The notes under the pieces: model-generated | What the model was told of the DNA's origin: nothing | What the model saw: only the letters and a program-made list of their open reading frames with translations | Databases searched by the model: none | Origin: a virus | Taxonomy: Duplodnaviria; Caudoviricetes | DNA length: 60,395 nt | Reading direction: 5' to 3' (one strand) | Virus record (IMG/VR): IMGVR_UViG_3300046820_000327 | Coordinates: 1 to 60,395 of that record | Position numbers and translations under genes: made by a program | Part shown: piece after piece, positions 56,604 through 60,395 of the stretch | Layout of the letters: the number at the start of each line of letters is the position of its first letter | Position numbering within the stretch: the first letter of the stretch is position 1

Positions 56604-57698
56604 TTATATCTCATAAAAAGGCGTTATCATGCCATGAAAGTTATTACTGGCAGCATTAAAGTATTGGCTGTCTACTAGACTTTTAATTAGTTCGAGGCCT
56701 TGACTATGTTGAGTTTTTAAAACATCGTCGCTGTTTAGTATGCCTTTGTCTGAACTAACTGTTGTGTCTGTGCTTTTTCTTAACTGAAACCAATTTGGGT
56801 TCCAGGTTGGATAAACTTGCTCTCTAACCACCGACTGATAATAGTCAATGGGTATACCTGGTGTAGGTGGCCAAGAAATCAAGGAATGCAGTTCTGGGCG
56901 AGCCTGGAAATATCGTTTTAGCATGTGTGCTTGTTTTCTTAATATAGGCTCAGCTTCAGGTGCCCAATAAAACCATTCAGTTTCTGCATTGCCTACTTGT
57001 GCTTGATCGGGAGTCATACTATATCCCACTACATCAAGAAAGTAAATGTAGTACTTACCGTCTTTGATTACTATTCTAGGCTTATCAACTCCCATTATGT
57101 AACCAACACGATTCTTTGTGTGTACGCTATCAATATGCTGTAGTGATCTGCGTTGCTCAATAAAAGGATTAAGCATGACGTTACGATTGTCCCAGAAATC
57201 TTCTGGCAGTGACAGGTCTCGGTGTTCCCACCAATCGTACAAGGTTAACTTAATGTCAGGGTATTGCTGTGAGATCCATTGAAAATCTATCTTGGCTCTA
57301 AATTCCCACTCGGCAGTTACGTTGTTGCTGTAGTGCCATTCCGTGGTTGTGGCTTCGTAATTGTTGCCCATGCCCTTGTAGCTGTATCTACTTACTATTT
57401 CATCTAGCTTGATATTGTTTTGTAAAAATACATCTAGTATATTTCTACTGTCCGATCCACCACTGTAACCTAGTATCAGATAGTCGTAAGTATCACGTAA
57501 TTGTTGAGCACGTTGTCGGTACAGTTCCCACAAACTTTCTGTGGGTTCTTGTTTCCACTTAACTTGATCAAAAAACTCGCGATGAAACACCCACTCAGGG
57601 TGGGTGTTTGTTTCTGTTCCTTTAAGTAGAGCAGGTATCTTGTGCTGATATTCCTGTGCGCCTACTCGATAAAAACCTAATCGCTTGTTAATTTGCAC
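56604..57698 (-). CDS. PP-loop (adenine nucleotide alpha-hydrolase) protein
   Basis: LILGYSGGSDS and later GVDKP motifs. Confidence 0.75.
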   Translation of the reverse strand: MQINKRLGFYRVGAQEYQHKIPALLKGTETNTHPEWVFHREFFDQVKWKQEPTESLWELYRQRAQQLRDTYDYLILGYSGGSDSRNILDVFLQNNIKLDEIVSRYSYKGMGNNYEATTTEWHYSNNVTAEWEFRAKIDFQWISQQYPDIKLTLYDWWEHRDLSLPEDFWDNRNVMLNPFIEQRRSLQHIDSVHTKNRVGYIMGVDKPRIVIKDGKYYIYFLDVVGYSMTPDQAQVGNAETEWFYWAPEAEPILRKQAHMLKRYFQARPELHSLISWPPTPGIPIDYYQSVVREQVYPTWNPNWFQLRKSTDTTVSSDKGILNSDDVLKTQHSQGLELIKSLVDSQYFNAASNNFHGMITPFYEI

Positions 57699-58602
57699 GT
57701 AAAAACTTTGCTAGTTGTTCAATTTTGGCTTGGCTTTGTTGCGGTGTACCATCCACTACATTGTGATAAGGTGCTGTACGCTTAAGGAAACTCTGCACGT
57801 CGTCGCTGTGTATAGCTTTACGCAATCTTTTGTTTAATTCAAGCACGTCTGCATCCGAGGCATCAGTTCTAGCAAAAAGAATAACCATGCTGGTGATATT
57901 CTCAATGTCTGGCCAACGCTTGATTAAATTTTCTGTTGTGCTTCTATCTCCAGTAACACTGGCATGTGCAATTTCTTTAATACCAGTTACACCCGACATC
58001 ATTCTAATACTACCACCATCAACGTATGTCTCAAGAGAACCGTCTTTAAGATTAACAAGTGCGTCAGTTGGCTTTCTATAAAGAACCAACTCGTACTTAG
58101 CACCAACATGATCTAGTGCATGAGTTAAAACCTTGCTACTGGTTAATGCAGGTGCACCAACTAAAATTGGCTTTCCTGTTTGACGACTACGTGCTATTAC
58201 TGCATCCAATGTTGCTGGACCACCTTCTGGTGTTAAGATAAACTGCGTGAATTTCAAATAATCCACTATAGGTTTAAGTGTATTAACAGCCGGGGATTGT
58301 GCATTGGCTTTTTGATTAAATCCAGCTACACCGTTACCAGCACAGAAGATTGCCGGCTCAGTGCTTTTAATAAACTCACGATGTGCAATAATTTGATCTG
58401 CACCAGTCATATTTTTATGAATTACATTGACATTGTTTTGTTTTGCGTAAGTATCCATTAGATTTCTACACATAACATCCACAACGCTACCAACTGCAAA
58501 AGGTGTATATACTGCTAATGTTTCAGTTTTTATAATTGAGCCGGGCTGTGCAAATGCTGTAGTTGATACAACAGCCAAGGCTAAAAGGATCTTTTTGATC
58601 AT
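57688..58602 (-). CDS. TctC/Bug-like periplasmic substrate-binding protein (divergent)
   Basis: Signal peptide MIKKILLALAV (AGGAGA RBS), PFAVGSVVD..CR, N.TGA, VLYR...AL..L..G and LN..LRKA motifs. Confidence 0.75.
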   Translation of the reverse strand: MIKKILLALAVVSTTAFAQPGSIIKTETLAVYTPFAVGSVVDVMCRNLMDTYAKQNNVNVIHKNMTGADQIIAHREFIKSTEPAIFCAGNGVAGFNQKANAQSPAVNTLKPIVDYLKFTQFILTPEGGPATLDAVIARSRQTGKPILVGAPALTSSKVLTHALDHVGAKYELVLYRKPTDALVNLKDGSLETYVDGGSIRMMSGVTGIKEIAHASVTGDRSTTENLIKRWPDIENITSMVILFARTDASDADVLELNKRLRKAIHSDDVQSFLKRTAPYHNVVDGTPQQSQAKIEQLAKFLRAN

Positions 58603-58634
58603 AGATATTCTCCTAGTAAGTAAGTTTAACATAT

Positions 58635-58753
58635 TGCTAGTAGGATTGTCTACATACGGAGCGGCGTTCTGGGCATATCATGCCAGTAAAAGAGTTTTAC
58701 TACTCTTAGCGTCACTATTGTAACCGACGTCAACAGAATGTTGGCGTTGCTTT
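58635..58753. ncRNA. Unnamed structured non-coding element, copy B
   Basis: Same conserved blocks as copy A with a longer variable middle carrying two extra hairpins. Confidence 0.65.
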
Positions 58754-58758
58754 AAATA

Positions 58759-58782
58759 TTTATCTCCCCGAAGGGAGATAAA
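58759..58782 (-). other. Perfect 10-bp UUCG hairpin overlapping a TAAATA box
   Basis: TTTATCTCCC-TTCG-GGGAGATAAA; no U-tract follows on the minus strand. Confidence 0.7.
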
Positions 58783-58792
58783 CTTGATTTAA

Positions 58793-59707
58793 TTAATTTG
58801 ATACTTTAACGTTTTGAGTTAAACGTTTCCATTGAGAAATTTGTCCACTAAACCATGCATCCAATTGATTGTCTGCCATTTGATTATTAGGAGTACAATT
58901 GTCAGCGGCATTTGCGTCTTTTACGCTCTGTGCTCTGCTGGCTTCTACTAAAATCTTTCGGATACTAGCAAATTTTTCTGCAGGCATCTTTTGAGATGCA
59001 AAGATCTGTTGAGGTGTGCTCATGTCTAGTAATTCTTTGCTGAATCCTTGATTGGCCAATAGCTCTGTGCCTTTGACACTAACTTTACCAGTCTGGCCTA
59101 ACCAGTAAATTCTTTTTACCGATGTTGCATCTGTGTACTGCTCGCTGTCACCATGAAATCCCACGCTAAAATCAACTGCTCCACTTAAAACACCTAACAG
59201 GGCTTCGCTGGTACTCTTAAATGGTACAATGGTTAGGTTAGGATAGTTTTTAGCAATCTGGATGGATACTAAGTGTGTGGTTGTCCCCATACCGCTCATA
59301 CCAATTGATAGTTGTGCATTGGGTGGAACTTCTTTCCATGACTTGTACTTTGCACTAGAAATAACAAAAGGTGAAATGCACATTGGCAAAATACTACGGA
59401 AATCTTCCATACGGTGGCTGTCGGCAGGGAATAGGTTAGGACGAATAAAACCAGCCGAACTATTAATCCACAGGGTATTTGTTGGGTTGTTGTTTGTATA
59501 ATTGGCCGCAATAGTACCACCAGCACCGGGCTTTGTATCGAACACAAAATTGTATTGTGTTTGCAATTTGTTTGATTCTTCGGCTAATGCTCGATAATAA
59601 TTTGATGCTTTATCGGCTGCTGTCCACGAGTAGGCCAGTGTAATAGTCTCACGTGCTGTGGCTGTAAAACTGAGGGTTGCTAAAATAATAGCTATTAATT
59701 TTTTCAT
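58793..59707 (-). CDS. TctC/Bug-like periplasmic substrate-binding protein
   Basis: Signal peptide, KPGAGGTIAA, G.GTTTHL and VPFKS..EAL..VLSG.VD motifs. Confidence 0.85.
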   Translation of the reverse strand: MKKLIAIILATLSFTATARETITLAYSWTAADKASNYYRALAEESNKLQTQYNFVFDTKPGAGGTIAANYTNNNPTNTLWINSSAGFIRPNLFPADSHRMEDFRSILPMCISPFVISSAKYKSWKEVPPNAQLSIGMSGMGTTTHLVSIQIAKNYPNLTIVPFKSTSEALLGVLSGAVDFSVGFHGDSEQYTDATSVKRIYWLGQTGKVSVKGTELLANQGFSKELLDMSTPQQIFASQKMPAEKFASIRKILVEASRAQSVKDANAADNCTPNNQMADNQLDAWFSGQISQWKRLTQNVKVSN

Positions 59708-59730
59708 TGATTAATCTCCTTTATGTTAAA

Positions 59731-60264
59731 TTAATTTTTAGTTTGGGTTACTGTTACCCCGGACTGTGCAAGAAACTTAATTCCATCATCGCTTCGATAA
59801 GAGCTACGATAGAACACACTGTTAATGCCAGACTGATAGATAAGTTTGGCGCAGTCTAAACAAGGGGCATGAGTGATAAAGATAGTAGCACCATCGCCAG
59901 ATTCGCTACTTTTTGCCAGTTTAGATATTGCATTCGTTTCGGCATGCAATACCTCGGGTTTGGTTTTAAGACTATAGCGATTCATACGTGCATTACACGT
60001 ATCGTCGCTGTGATATGTAATCATTTCACCTTCGTAGGGCCAGCGTTCTTCGATTTCTTCGGGACTTAACCAGCCGCCAGTATCGCCCATCCATTCTACA
60101 TCTTCGCAGTTGTTATCCCAACCTGCGGGCATACCATTGTAGCCGATAGAGATAATACGATCCTCTTTGACGATAATGGCTCCTACATGCAATCTCTGAG
60201 CATGGCTCAACTCAGCAAATACTTCTGCTGTTTTCATGTAGGCGTTAATTAGTTTGGGTTTCAT
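59731..60264 (-). CDS. dCMP deaminase
   Basis: IISIGYNG, LHAETNAI and APCLDCAK motifs. Confidence 0.93.
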   Translation of the reverse strand: MKPKLINAYMKTAEVFAELSHAQRLHVGAIIVKEDRIISIGYNGMPAGWDNNCEDVEWMGDTGGWLSPEEIEERWPYEGEMITYHSDDTCNARMNRYSLKTKPEVLHAETNAISKLAKSSESGDGATIFITHAPCLDCAKLIYQSGINSVFYRSSYRSDDGIKFLAQSGVTVTQTKN

Positions 60265-60395
60265 CTTCCTCGGCCTGCTGATTTCTTAGCGGGTTTGTTG
60301 GAACCAACTGGGTTCTTAAACTTGGCTTGCTGTACCTGTTGTTGTTTCTCTAGCGGTACACGAGGATTATCTACCACTGCCTTTGCGGCATTGGC
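60261..60395 (-). CDS. 3' end of a basic protein truncated by the window edge
   Basis: Open frame ...NKPAKKSAGRGR* whose TGA overlaps the deaminase ATG. Confidence 0.55.
   Translation of the reverse strand, partial: ANAAKAVVDNPRVPLEKQQQVQQAKFKNPVGSNKPAKKSAGRGR

Noticed and set aside
54942-58632. RiPP or lasso-peptide cluster (PP-loop enzyme plus halogenase)
   Set aside because: No precursor peptide, leader peptidase or RRE gene is visible nearby.
54352-58753. Assigning the structured element to the glutamine (glnA), c-di-GMP-I, SAM or SAH riboswitch classes, or to a retron msr-msd
   Set aside because: Only short words match (e.g. AAGCAACG), in the wrong position and architecture, and there is no RT in the window. 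Left unassigned pending an Rfam search.
438-60069. Most plus-strand ORFs in the track
   Set aside because: They lie antisense to well-supported minus-strand genes and lack recognisable motifs; only 36086-36454 is retained.
1-60395. tRNA genes, introns, inteins or stop-codon reassignment
   Set aside because: No cloverleaf seen in the short intergenic gaps. nrdA, nrdB and both helicases have normal length and are uninterrupted under the standard code.

Overview
This is a 60 kb segment of a large T4-like (myovirus-type) tailed phage genome, almost entirely on the minus strand and densely packed with TAATG/ATGA overlaps. IscU, porin, TctC/Bug and desaturase sequences suggest a betaproteobacterial host (inference). 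The window holds replication and nucleotide genes (nrdA, nrdB, glutaredoxin, gp41-like helicase, primase, UvsW-like helicase, PD-(D/E)XK exonuclease, dCMP deaminase, a 200-aa DnaE-like mini-polymerase) and structural genes (PAAR, three Mtd_N-type fibre proteins, collagen, PA14, a block of putative head-internal proteins). It also has host-like auxiliary genes (iscU/erpA/iscA, desaturase, a sugar-modification cluster, porin, two TctC-like binding proteins, a halogenase-like flavoprotein) and two clusters of small early genes behind near-identical sigma70 promoters. The best candidate for an undescribed system is a structured non-coding element present twice (54352-54443 and 58635-58753). Its stems show compensatory substitutions, each copy lies next to a TAAATA late-type promoter, and the pair brackets a TctC / PP-loop ATPase / halogenase-like / double-HNH module beside the porin. 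Other highlights are the minimal DnaE with a decayed homing-endonuclease remnant at its start, a ubiquitin-like + ILEI lectin fusion, three SGNH-like paralogues inserted among core genes, and sRNA-like 3' ends of both early operons. All family calls come from reading motifs by eye; no database searches or folding programs were run.
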